Position numbers and translations under genes: made by a program
Shown: positions 36,959 through 47,627 of the stretch, in pieces
Position numbering within the stretch: the first letter of the stretch is position 1
Layout: each line of letters starts with the position of its first letter
NCBI GenBank assembly: GCA_020341815.1
Contig: CP070837.1
Location: 465,743-529,742, forward strand
Reading direction: 5' to 3'
Length of the DNA stretch: 64,000 bases
From: Candidatus Omnitrophota bacterium
Lineage (GTDB): Bacteria; Omnitrophota; Gorgyraeia; JAFGHF01
The notes under the pieces: model-generated
Seen by the model: only the letters and a program-made list of their open reading frames with translations
What the model was told of the DNA's origin: nothing
Database searches by the model: none

Positions 36959-38915
36959 CTAACTGTCTCTTTAGCTTGGCGATTTCATCGCGCAGGACAG
37001 CGGCCTTCTCAAATTGCAGGTTACGCGCAAGGCTATGCATCTCATCCTGCAATTGGGCAATAGCCAGCTCTATATCGTAATCTTTTGCTTTTTGCCCGGT
37101 GCGCTCAAGCACAAACCCCTCCGCCTCTTTCTGCACTTCGATACTTTCTTTAATTGCCTTCTCTACAGAGCGGGGCGTAATCTTATACTCGCGATTAAAT
37201 TCCATCTGGATTTTTCTTCTTCTATTGGTCTCATCTATCGCCTTTTTCATTGAACCGGTGATATTGTCACCGTAGAGAATAACCTGCCCATTGATATTTC
37301 TGGCTGCACGTCCGGCAACCTGTATCAGAGAGGTTGCCGAGCGCAAAAAGCCCTCTTTGTCCGCATCCAGAACTGCCACTAAAGAAACCTCCGGCAAATC
37401 CAGCCCCTCGCGCAAAAGATTAATTCCCACCAGGCAGTCAAACTTACGCATCCTTAAATCGCGCAGGATTTCGACCCGCTCGATAGCGCCTATCTCCGAG
37501 TGCAGATATCTCACCTGTAAATTCATCTCTTTCAGATAAGCGGCTAAGTCTTCGGCCATACGCTTGGTGAGCGTGGTTACCAGAACGCGCTCCCGGCGTT
37601 TGACCCTTTCCCTGACTAAGCCGATTAAATCATCGACCTGATTCTTTGTGGGTTTGACGATAATCTCAGGATCGATAAGGCCGGTGGGACGAATTATCTG
37701 CTCAACCACTTCTTTACTCTTTGATAGCTCATATTCGGAAGGAGTAGCCGAAACAAAGATTAAATTACTTGTCAATTTTTCAAACTCATCGAATCTCAAA
37801 GGGCGGTTATCCAACGCCGAAGGCAGGCGAAACCCGTATTTGACCAGGGTCTCTTTACGGGCGCGGTCGCCGTTATACATCCCGCGCACCTGGGGAACGG
37901 TTGCATGGGACTCATCGATGACAGTCAGGAATCTCTCGGGGAAATAATCAAGAAGGCAGTAAGGCCGTGAACCGGCAGGCCTTCCGCTTAAATGGCGGGA
38001 ATAATTCTCTATTCCCTGGCAATAGCCCAGCTCTTTAAGCATCTCCATATCATAACGGGTGCGCGACTGTATCCTCTGGGCCTCCAGGAGCTTATTCTGT
38101 TTTTCTAATTCTTCAACCCTTTTCTTTAATTCCGCCTCAATTGATGTTAGAGCCCTTTCTATACGGCTTTCCGTAGTTACAAAATGTTTTGCCGGATAAA
38201 GGACAAAACTCTCTAAGGGTTCCTTGCCTTTACCCGTAACGGGGTCAATTTCACAAATCTTATCGATTTTATCTCCAAACTGCTCAACCCGAAAGGCCCG
38301 CTGGCGGTATGCGGGAAATATATCGATTACGTCTCCGCGCACCCTGAACTTCCCCCGATGGAAATCGACGTCATTTCTTTCATACTGAATATCTACCAAT
38401 CTCTCCAGAAGTTCCCTGCGGGGAAGTTCTTGTCCCCGCTCCAGGCGCAAGAGTTTCTCCTCATATTCTGTGGGTGAGCCCAGATTATAAATACAGGAGA
38501 CGCTTGTTACAACGATTACATCGCTTCTGGTCATCAGAGAGCTGGTTGCCGAAAGCCTCAGGCGGTCCAATTCATCATTGATAGAGGCATCCTTCTCAAT
38601 ATAGGTGTCTGTCTGGGGAATATAGGCCTCCGGCTGATAATAATCATAATAGCTGACGAAATATTCCACGGCGTTATGGGGGAAAAAGTCTTTAAACTCG
38701 CTATAAAGCTGAGCGGCTAAGGTCTTATTATGGGAAATTACCAGGGTAGGCAGATTTGCGCGGGCAATAACATTGGCCAGGGTAAAGGTCTTGCCTGAGC
38801 CGGTAACGCCAAGAAGGGTCTGATAGGGTTTGTCTTTTTCAAGGCCCTGGCTTAATTGTTCAATGGCCTGAGGCTGGTCACCGCAGGGTGAAAAAGGGCT
38901 GACTAATTTGAACAT
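36951..38915 (-). CDS. uvrB: excinuclease ABC subunit B
   Basis: 654 aa; GVTGSGKT Walker A, helicase motifs, C-terminal UVR domain ([12 protein letters not shown]). Confidence 0.95.
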   Translation of the reverse strand: MFKLVSPFSPCGDQPQAIEQLSQGLEKDKPYQTLLGVTGSGKTFTLANVIARANLPTLVISHNKTLAAQLYSEFKDFFPHNAVEYFVSYYDYYQPEAYIPQTDTYIEKDASINDELDRLRLSATSSLMTRSDVIVVTSVSCIYNLGSPTEYEEKLLRLERGQELPRRELLERLVDIQYERNDVDFHRGKFRVRGDVIDIFPAYRQRAFRVEQFGDKIDKICEIDPVTGKGKEPLESFVLYPAKHFVTTESRIERALTSIEAELKKRVEELEKQNKLLEAQRIQSRTRYDMEMLKELGYCQGIENYSRHLSGRPAGSRPYCLLDYFPERFLTVIDESHATVPQVRGMYNGDRARKETLVKYGFRLPSALDNRPLRFDEFEKLTSNLIFVSATPSEYELSKSKEVVEQIIRPTGLIDPEIIVKPTKNQVDDLIGLVRERVKRRERVLVTTLTKRMAEDLAAYLKEMNLQVRYLHSEIGAIERVEILRDLRMRKFDCLVGINLLREGLDLPEVSLVAVLDADKEGFLRSATSLIQVAGRAARNINGQVILYGDNITGSMKKAIDETNRRRKIQMEFNREYKITPRSVEKAIKESIEVQKEAEGFVLERTGQKAKDYDIELAIAQLQDEMHSLARNLQFEKAAVLRDEIAKLKRQLDG

Positions 38916-39012
38916 AGATTAAGACTAGATTTTATTTGCCTAATACAAAAATCACCTGCTTTTTCCGCTATTTTGCTCTGGAAAAAAGTCAGGTGGATTG
39001 ATTTATTATGTC

Positions 39013-40020
39013 TTATTTATCATTCCTGGTTTTTCTCCAAAAAATATTAGAATTAGGGGTTAGCTTTGATTTAAAATTGTGAATTATTCTTCCTCTCCTT
39101 TTTTTAATGTCTATACACCAATACTCTGCGTGAAGCGGTGTAATGTCTCCTCCAATCCATTTATTAAGAAGAACATATCGACTATCTGGAGACCAGACAG
39201 GTTGGGAGGCAATGCCTAAAGGATATATCCAAAATGCTTTATTGTTAAAAATTTCCTTTCGATTTTTTGTTTCTAAATTTAATACATAATATTTCCCATC
39301 ACCTGTACGACCTTCTTGTGATTCATGCCCATTTTTATAGAATTTTCGCCATCTTTTACCTTGTCTATACGCTATTTTTTTACCATCTGGCGACCAAGAG
39401 GGGACATCTCCAAAATCTTCAGTTATTTGTGTCAAATGTGAACCGTTTTTATCTACAACCATAATATGGCCAGCTGCATCGGTAAAGGTTATTCTTTTAC
39501 CATCCGGCGACCAAGAAAAAACCAAAGGCGATAAAGCGTTAACCGAATCTTTTACAACAAGATGCGAAGATTTTTCTTTAATGTTAAAAATATATAAACT
39601 ACACGTTGCCCTTTCATAATTGTAATCGCCCAGATAGGCTATTTCATTATTATTTACAGGAGACCATATTGCGTTTTGAACCCATTTTTCTTGGTCTGAT
39701 TTAAACAATCTTTCTTTTTGACTGCCATCGAGATTCGAAATCGTTAGAAAAGTTCCGCTTGATTGTATAGATTCTCTATATACTATTTTTTGCCCATCTG
39801 GAGAAATGGAAAAGACATATCCTAGCTCAGAAGATATAGGGGTAAATCGGCCATTAAGATATAGTTTACATAATATATTTTGATTGCCAGCTAATATATC
39901 CCAGTTGTTTTCTTTAACTTTAGCGCAAAAGGAAGCTTCCGAAGGACATGCAGGATATACAGGTAGCATTAATACAAAGATTAATAACAAAACCGATATT
40001 TTCTTATATTCTTTTAACAT
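39013..40020 (-). CDS. TolB-like beta-propeller protein (PD40/WD40-like repeats), compositionally atypical (AT-rich)
   Basis: Repeated SWSPDGK/SISPDGQ/VWSPDSR blades. Signal-peptide-like MLKEYKKISVLLLIFVLMLPVYPA, if the start is the internal ATG at 40018-40020. Table ORF runs to 40098, overlapping the nadC 3' end. Confidence 0.6.
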   Translation of the reverse strand: MLKEYKKISVLLLIFVLMLPVYPACPSEASFCAKVKENNWDILAGNQNILCKLYLNGRFTPISSELGYVFSISPDGQKIVYRESIQSSGTFLTISNLDGSQKERLFKSDQEKWVQNAIWSPVNNNEIAYLGDYNYERATCSLYIFNIKEKSSHLVVKDSVNALSPLVFSWSPDGKRITFTDAAGHIMVVDKNGSHLTQITEDFGDVPSWSPDGKKIAYRQGKRWRKFYKNGHESQEGRTGDGKYYVLNLETKNRKEIFNNKAFWIYPLGIASQPVWSPDSRYVLLNKWIGGDITPLHAEYWCIDIKKRRGRIIHNFKSKLTPNSNIFWRKTRNDK

Positions 40021-40072
40021 AATTCTTAATTTGCGGGTTTTGCGAAAATTGTTATTCTTTGTGCGTTGAAAA

Positions 40073-40912
40073 TTATTCAACGACTTCAAGTGACACATCC
40101 AAGGCTTTTGCCGAATGGGTAAGCTCTCCTACGGAAATCATCTCTACTCCGCAGGCGGCAATCCTGCGCACATTATCTAAGCTTATGCCGCCGGAGACCT
40201 CTATGGGTATCCTGCTTCTTGCCTTATGTCTCATTGCCACTGCCTTATTAATCTCTTTCAGAGACATATTGTCCAGCATAATAATGTCAGGACGGGCTTC
40301 CAAGGCCTGCTTAAATTGAGCCAGAGTCTTAACTTCAAGTTCTATCTTCATGCCTCGGGGTCTTTTTTTCCTGGCCTTTTTGACTATCTCCTGCAAATCT
40401 TTCTGGTGCAAAAGATGCAAATGATTATCTTTAATCAGGATTTGATCCCACAGGCCCATACGATGATTAAAGCCGCCTCCGCAACGCACGGCAAACTTTT
40501 CTAAAATACGCAAGCCCGGGGTGGTCTTACGCGTATCCATAATCCTAACGCGATAAGGCCTGGCGCGCTGAACGAACTTGGCTGTTAAGCTAGCGATACC
40601 TGAGAGCCGTCCCAGGAAATTCAAAGCTACTCTCTCTGCCTTTAAGATACTGAGCGCTCTGCCTTCCAAGCGAGCAAGCACTTTGCCTCTGGCGACTCTG
40701 CTGCCCTCGCGAACCTGCGCAGAAAAACGGACTTCTTTATCCACGGCTTCAAAGGCTGATCTGACTGCACCCAGACCGCAGACCACGCCCCCTTCTTTAG
40801 CTATTATCACCGCTTTTATTCTCTTTTTGGCCGGGATAATTAGCTTGGAGGTAATATCGCCCTTCGCTATATCTTCCCGCAGGGCCAATTTAATCATTGA
40901 GAGGGTTTTCAT
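40073..40912 (-). CDS. nadC: nicotinate-nucleotide pyrophosphorylase (carboxylating)
   Basis: 279 aa; QPRTase type II fold motifs (RKTTPGLR, ILIKDNH, DIIMLDNM). Confidence 0.85.
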   Translation of the reverse strand: MKTLSMIKLALREDIAKGDITSKLIIPAKKRIKAVIIAKEGGVVCGLGAVRSAFEAVDKEVRFSAQVREGSRVARGKVLARLEGRALSILKAERVALNFLGRLSGIASLTAKFVQRARPYRVRIMDTRKTTPGLRILEKFAVRCGGGFNHRMGLWDQILIKDNHLHLLHQKDLQEIVKKARKKRPRGMKIELEVKTLAQFKQALEARPDIIMLDNMSLKEINKAVAMRHKARSRIPIEVSGGISLDNVRRIAACGVEMISVGELTHSAKALDVSLEVVE

Positions 40913-43626
40913 TTCAGGTGAAATCCTTTAAGGTTATCTTTCAACTTCTTGATAGAATCTTTGAGTTTTTCTTTTTTCTCCTTTTCCCTTTCCACAATCT
41001 CTTTGGGCGCTTTGCTTATAAACTCTTTGTTTTTAAGTTTTTTATCCGTAATCTCTAAGAGTTTTTCCAAATCGTAACGTTTCTGGGTCAGGCGCCTGGC
41101 TTCCTTCTCTACATTGATAATGCCTTCTAAGGGAATAAATATTTCTACGTCGGTCAACACTGCTACGGCCGCGCCCTTTGGCCTTTTTAAGTTCCGGCCG
41201 ACTTTTAAGCTCTCTATTCTGGCCGAATCTTTAATATATGAAGCGCAGGAGCTAAATAATTTTTCCAGGGCCTGCGAGGCGACAGAAATCTCTGCCTGAA
41301 TATTTTTATTGGTCTCAATCTGCCAGACCGAACGGATATTCCTTATTGCTACAATAGAGGAGATTATTCTCTGCATCTGGGCATCAATTTTCTCATCGAT
41401 AAATTGCTTCTCCACATGCGGCCAGGGAGATATCATAATCGATTTTCCCTCATGAGGCAGACTCTGCCAGACCTCCTCCGTAATAAAGGGCATAAAAGGA
41501 TGAAGCATTCTCAAGGTCTTCTCCAGGACCTTATAGAGCACAAGCTGAGTTTGCTTTGAAGAAATAGTTTTCTTGGCCAGTTCGATATACCAGTCGCAGA
41601 ACTCATGCCAGAAAAACTCATAACAGCTTTTGGCCGCATCGTTAAAGCGGAAATTATCCAGGGATTTGGTTACATTATCCAGTGTCTGATAAAAGCGGCT
41701 TAAGATCCATCTCTCTTTCAGCTCCGTAATATCCTTGGCGCTTAAGCACAAATCCGCTTTCGCCTTTTCTTTATCCAGATTCGTCAGGATAAACCGCGCG
41801 GCATTCCAGATTTTATTGGCGAAGTTGCGCCCGCCCTCAAACTTATTCTGGGCCAGATTTACGTCCTGGCCTGTGGCTACAAGCGAAATAATGCTGAAGC
41901 GCAACGCATCGCACCCGTATTGCTTGACAATCTCCAGGGGGTCGATGATATTGCCTAATGACTTGGACATCTTGGTGCCGGTAATATCCCTGACTGTGCC
42001 GTGAATATAGACGTCACTGAAAGGTGCCTCTTTCATAAAGTGCATACCGGCCATAATCATCCTGGCCACCCAGAAAAAGATTATCTCCTGCGCAGTAACC
42101 AAAACTTGCGTAGGATAAAAATATTTGAGCTCCTCGGACTGCTTCTTATCCAATGTCGGCCAACCGAAAATAGCAAAAGGCCAAAGCCAGGAGGAAAACC
42201 AGGTGTCCAAGACATCTTCATCCTGTTTGAGGTCTGTCCTGCCGCAGCGCGGGCAGAACTTGGGGTTCTCCAGGGAAACCAGGATTGAAGCCTCCAGAAG
42301 GTCTATTCTTTCCGTAAGCAGGGCCTTTCCTTTATGCGCGGCATCATAGGCCCTTTTGCAATCCGGGCAATACCAGGCAGGGATGCGATGTCCCCACCAG
42401 ATCTGGCGGCTGATACACCAGCCGTGCAGGCCTTTCATCCAGTTCAAATAAACCTTTTTCCAGCGCGGAGGATGAAACTTCAGCTTGCCTTTCTTGACTA
42501 TATCTTCTGCGGCTTCGGCAAGCTTGGGCATATCCACAAACCACTGCTCCGAAAAGTAGGGTTCGACCATGGTGTGACAGCGATAGCAGTGCCCTACGGA
42601 ATGTTCGTGAGGCACAATCTTCTCCAGAAGCCCCCTTTCCTCCAAATCCTCCAGGATGGCCTCACGGGCCTCAAATCTATCCATGCGCTGATAATCAAGG
42701 GGCACATTCTGATTCATTGTGGCGTTTGGATTCATCACTATTTTGGCGTAAAGGCTATGCCTGCGGGCAATCTCAAAATCATTAGGGTCATGGGCGGGGG
42801 TTACCTTGACAATCCCCGTGCCGAATTTAGGGTCGACACCGGAATCGCCGATAATGGGAATCTCCTCTTCCACTAAAGGCAAAATCACGGTCTTGCCAAT
42901 CAGCTTTTTATATCTCTTATCCTTAGGGTTGACCGCTACAGCCGTATCCCCGAGCATAGTTTCCGGGCGGGTGGTAGCTACTACAATATAATCCATCCCT
43001 GAATCCTTAAGGGGATACTTTATGTAATAAAGATTCCCCTTGACCTCTTTGTGTGCGGATTCCTCATCGGAAAGCGCAGTCTGGCAGCGCGGACACCAGT
43101 TGATGATATAATTCGCTTTATAAATCAAGCCTCGCTCGGCCAGACGGATAAACACCTCCGTGACTGCCAGGCTATACTGCTCATCCATAGTAAAACGCGT
43201 TCTCTGCCAGTCACAGGAACAGCCTAATTTTTTCAACTGGGTAATAATTGTGGAACCGTATTTTTCCTTCCAGAGCCAGGTCCTCTCTAAAAACTTTTCT
43301 CTGCCCAAGTCCTGACGTCTTAAGCCTTCGTGGGCAATCTCCTTTTCCACTACATTCTGGGTGGCAATTCCGGCGTGGTCGGTGCCGGGCATCCAGAGCG
43401 TGGCATAACCCTGCATGCGCCGAAAACGGATAAGAATATCCTGAACGGTATTGTTCAAGGCATGACCCATATGCAGGATACCGGTAATGTTTGGCGGGGG
43501 AATAACTATGCAGTAGGGTTTTCTCTTGGAATCAACCTCGGCGTGAAAAAAGTTATTTTCTTCCCAAAATTGATACCACTTCTCTTCACTCTGCTTGGGA
43601 TTATATCTGGGAGGAATAGTAATCAC
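40909..43626 (-). CDS. valS: valine--tRNA ligase
   Basis: 905 aa; HIGH (PNITGILHMGHA), KMSKS, C-terminal coiled coil. Confidence 0.95.
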   Translation of the reverse strand: MITIPPRYNPKQSEEKWYQFWEENNFFHAEVDSKRKPYCIVIPPPNITGILHMGHALNNTVQDILIRFRRMQGYATLWMPGTDHAGIATQNVVEKEIAHEGLRRQDLGREKFLERTWLWKEKYGSTIITQLKKLGCSCDWQRTRFTMDEQYSLAVTEVFIRLAERGLIYKANYIINWCPRCQTALSDEESAHKEVKGNLYYIKYPLKDSGMDYIVVATTRPETMLGDTAVAVNPKDKRYKKLIGKTVILPLVEEEIPIIGDSGVDPKFGTGIVKVTPAHDPNDFEIARRHSLYAKIVMNPNATMNQNVPLDYQRMDRFEAREAILEDLEERGLLEKIVPHEHSVGHCYRCHTMVEPYFSEQWFVDMPKLAEAAEDIVKKGKLKFHPPRWKKVYLNWMKGLHGWCISRQIWWGHRIPAWYCPDCKRAYDAAHKGKALLTERIDLLEASILVSLENPKFCPRCGRTDLKQDEDVLDTWFSSWLWPFAIFGWPTLDKKQSEELKYFYPTQVLVTAQEIIFFWVARMIMAGMHFMKEAPFSDVYIHGTVRDITGTKMSKSLGNIIDPLEIVKQYGCDALRFSIISLVATGQDVNLAQNKFEGGRNFANKIWNAARFILTNLDKEKAKADLCLSAKDITELKERWILSRFYQTLDNVTKSLDNFRFNDAAKSCYEFFWHEFCDWYIELAKKTISSKQTQLVLYKVLEKTLRMLHPFMPFITEEVWQSLPHEGKSIMISPWPHVEKQFIDEKIDAQMQRIISSIVAIRNIRSVWQIETNKNIQAEISVASQALEKLFSSCASYIKDSARIESLKVGRNLKRPKGAAVAVLTDVEIFIPLEGIINVEKEARRLTQKRYDLEKLLEITDKKLKNKEFISKAPKEIVEREKEKKEKLKDSIKKLKDNLKGFHLK

Positions 43627-45206
43627 TATCTTTTATCTTTCAAGAGCTTATATTCAACGCTATCCACCAGGGCCTGCCAGGATGCCTCAATAATATTTTC
43701 AGAAACTCCTACCGTGCCCCATGAGTCTTTCTCATCCTGCGACTGAATTAAGACGCGCACGCGCGCTGCGGTTCCCACACGCTCATCCAGGACCCGCACC
43801 TTAAAGTCGGTCAGGTGCATCTTGGCCAAAGCCGGATAAAACTCTAATAATGCTTTACGTAAAGCATTATCCAGTGCATTTACCGGCCCGTCCCCTTCGG
43901 AGGCCGTGTGCTCTTCGATCTTATTTACTTTCAACTTAATGGCGGCCTCGGAGGTAACCTTACCGTCCTTTTCCTTTTCAATAATTACCCGGAAACCTTC
44001 TAAATCAAAAAACTTTTTATACTTTTTCATCGCCTTCTTCATCAGAAGCTCAAAAGAACCCTCGGCGGCCTCGAACTGATACCCCTCATGTTCCAAATCC
44101 TGCAGGAGCTTAAGAATCTTTTTGGTGTGCGGAGCCTCCTTCTTCAGGCCCAACTGAAGCTCCTTTGCTTTCAAAAGAATGGAGGTCCTTCCCGAAAGCT
44201 CCGATACCAGAAAACGGCTCTTGTTGCCCACAAGATCCGGCTTGATGTGTTCGTAAGTAAGCGGGTGCTTAACCATAGCGTTGATGTGCACCCCGCCTTT
44301 ATGTGCAAAGGCGCTTTCACCCACAAAGGGCTGGTTATTCTGATGGCGCATGTTACTGACTTCACTTATATAATGGGAAACCTCGGTCAGTTTTTTTAGC
44401 TGGGTATCGGAGATACAATCTATGCCCAGCTTCAGTTTAAGATTGCCGATACAAACTATCAAATCCGCATTTCCGCAGCGCTCGCCATAGCCGTTCATTG
44501 TGCCCTGAACGTGCTCGCAGCCCTCCTCAACAGCGGCAATACTATTGGCTGCGGCCATCCCGCAATCATTGTGGGTGTGAATACCTAAAGGCGCTTTTAT
44601 CTTAGGCTGCACTCTTCTGACTATCCCTGCCACCGCAGAAGGAATCATTCCGCCGTTTGTCTCGCATAAAACTATTATATCCGCTCCCGCTTCCTCTGCA
44701 GCCAGAACGGTCTTTAAGGCGTAATCAAAATCATCTTTTGCTGCGTCAAAGAAGTGCTCGGCATCATAGATAACCTCACGCCCCTTCTTTTTCAAGTAGG
44801 CGATGGATGAAGAAATCATCTTTAAGTTTTCATCCAGGCTTGTCTTTAAAACGTATTTAACATGCAAATTCCAGCTTTTCCCGAATAAGGTAACCACCTC
44901 TGTCTCGGCTTTCAGCAGGGCCTTGATGTTGGCGTCTTTTGCAGGAGTTGTGTGGGCGCGAACGGTCGAGCCAAAGGCGCAAATCCTGGCATTTTTCATA
45001 TGAGATTTTTTTATCTCTTTGAAGAATTGCATATCTTTGGGGTTTGAGCCCGGCCAGCCGCCTTCGATATAATGCACGCCTAAAGAATCCAATTTCCGGG
45101 CAATCCTCAATTTATCCGAGACCGAATAAGAGATCCCTTCTGTCTGCGCCCCGTCTCTTAAGGTAGTATCGTATAACTCAACCTTACGCATAACAAAACT
45201 CCTCAC
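43626..45206 (-). CDS. cimA: (R)-citramalate synthase / 2-isopropylmalate synthase family
   Basis: 526 aa; [40 protein letters not shown]-terminal LeuA dimerisation-type domain. Size and N-terminus favour CimA. Confidence 0.7.
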   Translation of the reverse strand: MRSFVMRKVELYDTTLRDGAQTEGISYSVSDKLRIARKLDSLGVHYIEGGWPGSNPKDMQFFKEIKKSHMKNARICAFGSTVRAHTTPAKDANIKALLKAETEVVTLFGKSWNLHVKYVLKTSLDENLKMISSSIAYLKKKGREVIYDAEHFFDAAKDDFDYALKTVLAAEEAGADIIVLCETNGGMIPSAVAGIVRRVQPKIKAPLGIHTHNDCGMAAANSIAAVEEGCEHVQGTMNGYGERCGNADLIVCIGNLKLKLGIDCISDTQLKKLTEVSHYISEVSNMRHQNNQPFVGESAFAHKGGVHINAMVKHPLTYEHIKPDLVGNKSRFLVSELSGRTSILLKAKELQLGLKKEAPHTKKILKLLQDLEHEGYQFEAAEGSFELLMKKAMKKYKKFFDLEGFRVIIEKEKDGKVTSEAAIKLKVNKIEEHTASEGDGPVNALDNALRKALLEFYPALAKMHLTDFKVRVLDERVGTAARVRVLIQSQDEKDSWGTVGVSENIIEASWQALVDSVEYKLLKDKR

Positions 45207-45212
45207 AACTTA

Positions 45213-46433
45213 TTATGGTTTTTCCAATTTGAATTGCTTATGAATTGCGCGCACTGCCCTCTGAGCAAGTCTTTTGCGGATTACACAGGAGATGCTTATC
45301 TCGGAAGTAGAAATCATCTCGATATTAATCTTATTTTTCGCTAAAATATCAAACATGCCTGCGGCAATACCGGAATGAGACTTCATTCCCACTCCCACAA
45401 TAGAAACCTTGGCGATATCTCTATCTGCAGAAACAGTGCCTCCTCCGATTTCCTCACTGGCCTTCCTGGCCGCTCTTAAGGTCCTGGCCAAATTGTCCGT
45501 TGCCGCTGTAAAGGAAAGGTCGGTGTATCCGGTGCGGCTGATATTCTGAACAATCATATCTACATTTATGCCTTCCTGGGCGATTATCTTAAAGATCTTA
45601 GCTGCCACCCCGGGCCTGTCAGGCAGGTCGCGTATTGTAATTTTACTCTCATTTTTATTTAAAGTTACGGCGCTGACCACAACCTTTTCCATTTTCTTTG
45701 CTTCTTTCGAAATCATCGTTCCTCCTTTGCTGCTAAAACTCGACCTGACAATAATGGGGATATTAAATCTCTTGGCCAATTCCACGCATCTTGTCTGCAA
45801 TACCTGCGCCCCTCGTGAAGCCATCTCCAGCATCTCATCATAACTTACCATCTCCAGTTTTCTGGCCGCAGGAACGATGCGCGGATCGGCAGTATAAATT
45901 CCTTCCACATCCGTATAAATTTCACAGGCCTTTGCTTTTAATACCTTGGCCAGGGCAACGGCGGTTAAATCGCTTCCGCCGCGGCCTAAAGTGGTTATCT
46001 CTCTGGATAAGTCCGCGCCCTGAAAGCCGGCAACAATTACAATCTTTTTTTCTGCCAATTCTCTTTTAATTCTGGCGGCGTTAATCCGGATAATCCTGGC
46101 CTGGGTGTGAGAGCTGTCGGTGATAATGCCTACCTGGGCACCGGTAAAAGATATGGCCTCATATCCCAACTTATGAATTGCCATAGCCAAAAGGGCTACG
46201 GATATCTGCTCACCGGTAGAGATAAGCATATCTATCTCTCTTTCCGAAGGCAAATAGCTGACCTGGTTAGCTAACTTAAGCAGGTTATCGGTGGTATCCC
46301 CCAAAGCCGAAACCACTACTACCAAGTCGACCCCTTTGCGCCGATAGCTGATTATGCGCTTGGCAACTCCCGAAATCCTCTTAGGATCGGCAACCGAGGT
46401 ACCCCCATATTTTTGTACGATTATATTAGACAT
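45213..46433 (-). CDS. lysC: aspartate kinase
   Basis: 406 aa; VQKYGGTSV N-terminus, kinase domain, two C-terminal ACT domains. Confidence 0.85.
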   Translation of the reverse strand: MSNIIVQKYGGTSVADPKRISGVAKRIISYRRKGVDLVVVVSALGDTTDNLLKLANQVSYLPSEREIDMLISTGEQISVALLAMAIHKLGYEAISFTGAQVGIITDSSHTQARIIRINAARIKRELAEKKIVIVAGFQGADLSREITTLGRGGSDLTAVALAKVLKAKACEIYTDVEGIYTADPRIVPAARKLEMVSYDEMLEMASRGAQVLQTRCVELAKRFNIPIIVRSSFSSKGGTMISKEAKKMEKVVVSAVTLNKNESKITIRDLPDRPGVAAKIFKIIAQEGINVDMIVQNISRTGYTDLSFTAATDNLARTLRAARKASEEIGGGTVSADRDIAKVSIVGVGMKSHSGIAAGMFDILAKNKINIEMISTSEISISCVIRKRLAQRAVRAIHKQFKLEKP

Positions 46434-46520
46434 ATGCTTATTTAACCCTCTGCTCTCTTTTCTCTTTCAACGCAAATAATTCACAGCAATAATCTTAACA
46501 CCACTTCTGCCCAAACGCAA

Positions 46521-46550
46521 CAAAAAAATAGGGGAGTTTATATCTCCCCT
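46521..46550 (-). terminator. Rho-independent terminator downstream of ychF
   Basis: On the minus strand: AGGGGAGatataaaCTCCCCT followed by TATTTTTTTG. Confidence 0.55.
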
Positions 46551-46577
46551 TACTTCCTTATATTTTAGGTTGTTCAT

Positions 46578-47615
46578 TTACACACTGAATTTAAAATTGA
46601 TGATATCTCCGTCCTGGACAGGATATTCTTTACTTTCTAAACGTAATAGTCCTTTCTCCTTGGCTTTGGCGAAAGAGCCGCATTCAACAAAGTCTTTATA
46701 GTTAATTACCTCGGCGCGGATAAAGCCTCTTTGCATATCGGAATGCACGCTTCCGGCGGCCTCAAGGGCGCTTGAGCCGCTGGGAACGGCCCAGGCGCGG
46801 GCTTCTTTACCCACCACGGTAAAAAATAAAATCTCATCCAGCGCCTGAAAACAGGTCTGGATAAACTTATCTCTGCTTAAAGTTAAAAGGCCCATCTCCT
46901 TTAAAAACTGGGGCCGCTCTTCCTCGGAGAGGTCCTCAATCTCGGCCTCCACCTCAGCGCAGATGGGAAGAAATTTTAGGCCTTGGGCCCCTGCCTCTTT
47001 TTCCAATTCTATCCATCCTTTTTTACTAAGCTGCTCTTCGGAAATATTGGCCACTACTATCATCGGCTTAAGCGTCAAAAGCTCAAAACCGGCCAGCGTT
47101 TTGAGCTCTTCTGTCTTCAGCTCTAAATCTTTAATACGCTTCTCTTTTTCCAGGGCCTCACTCAGACGCTGAAGCAAAAGAAGCTCAGGGTCCTGCTCTT
47201 TTTTGGGACGAGACTTTCTTTCCTTATTTATTTTTTCAATTCTATTCTGGATGCTCTGTAAATCCGCAAGTATCAGCTCTGAGGTAATACTCTTCAAATC
47301 CTTCGAAGGATCATCACTGGCAAAAAGGCCGATAACTACACAGAGCGCATCAAACTCTCTTAATGAGCCGGTATCTATTGCCCCGGAACTTGCCTCCTGA
47401 AGATATCCCAAATCCACCAGCGTTACCTGAGGGTAAGTAACCTTTTGAGAGCCAACGAGCTCAGCCAGCCTCTTAAGACGCTCATCCTTCAGATCCAAAG
47501 TAGCGATATTAAGCTGGACTTTACCGGATGTCTTGGACTGGGTTTTACCGCCCACCAAGGCCTTAAAAACTGTGGACTTGCCCGATGAGGAAAGTCCACA
47601 TAAAACAATTTTCAT
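46578..47615 (-). CDS. ychF: YchF/Obg-family ribosome-binding GTPase/ATPase (divergent)
   Basis: 345 aa; P-loop GLSSSGKST. C-terminal TGS-like end EYPVQDGDIINFKFSV matches the YchF C-terminus. Confidence 0.6.
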   Translation of the reverse strand: MKIVLCGLSSSGKSTVFKALVGGKTQSKTSGKVQLNIATLDLKDERLKRLAELVGSQKVTYPQVTLVDLGYLQEASSGAIDTGSLREFDALCVVIGLFASDDPSKDLKSITSELILADLQSIQNRIEKINKERKSRPKKEQDPELLLLQRLSEALEKEKRIKDLELKTEELKTLAGFELLTLKPMIVVANISEEQLSKKGWIELEKEAGAQGLKFLPICAEVEAEIEDLSEEERPQFLKEMGLLTLSRDKFIQTCFQALDEILFFTVVGKEARAWAVPSGSSALEAAGSVHSDMQRGFIRAEVINYKDFVECGSFAKAKEKGLLRLESKEYPVQDGDIINFKFSV

Positions 47616-47627
47616 AACTTTCTCGCC

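Noticed and set aside
38950-39000. cacctgac...gtcaggtg inverted repeat as a terminator after the TolB-like gene, or a LexA box for uvrB
   Set aside because: The stem is short (6-8 bp) with a 30-nt loop, the T-run lies inside the loop, and no CTGT-N8-ACAG SOS box is evident.
42334-42876. 180-aa plus-strand ORF, and other long plus-strand ORFs such as 15416..15913, 53958..54473 and 58088..58462
   Set aside because: All are antisense to well-supported minus-strand genes (valS, pilQ, radical SAM, RND). They have no SD, no recognisable domains and an odd composition. They are antisense shadow ORFs in a dense region.
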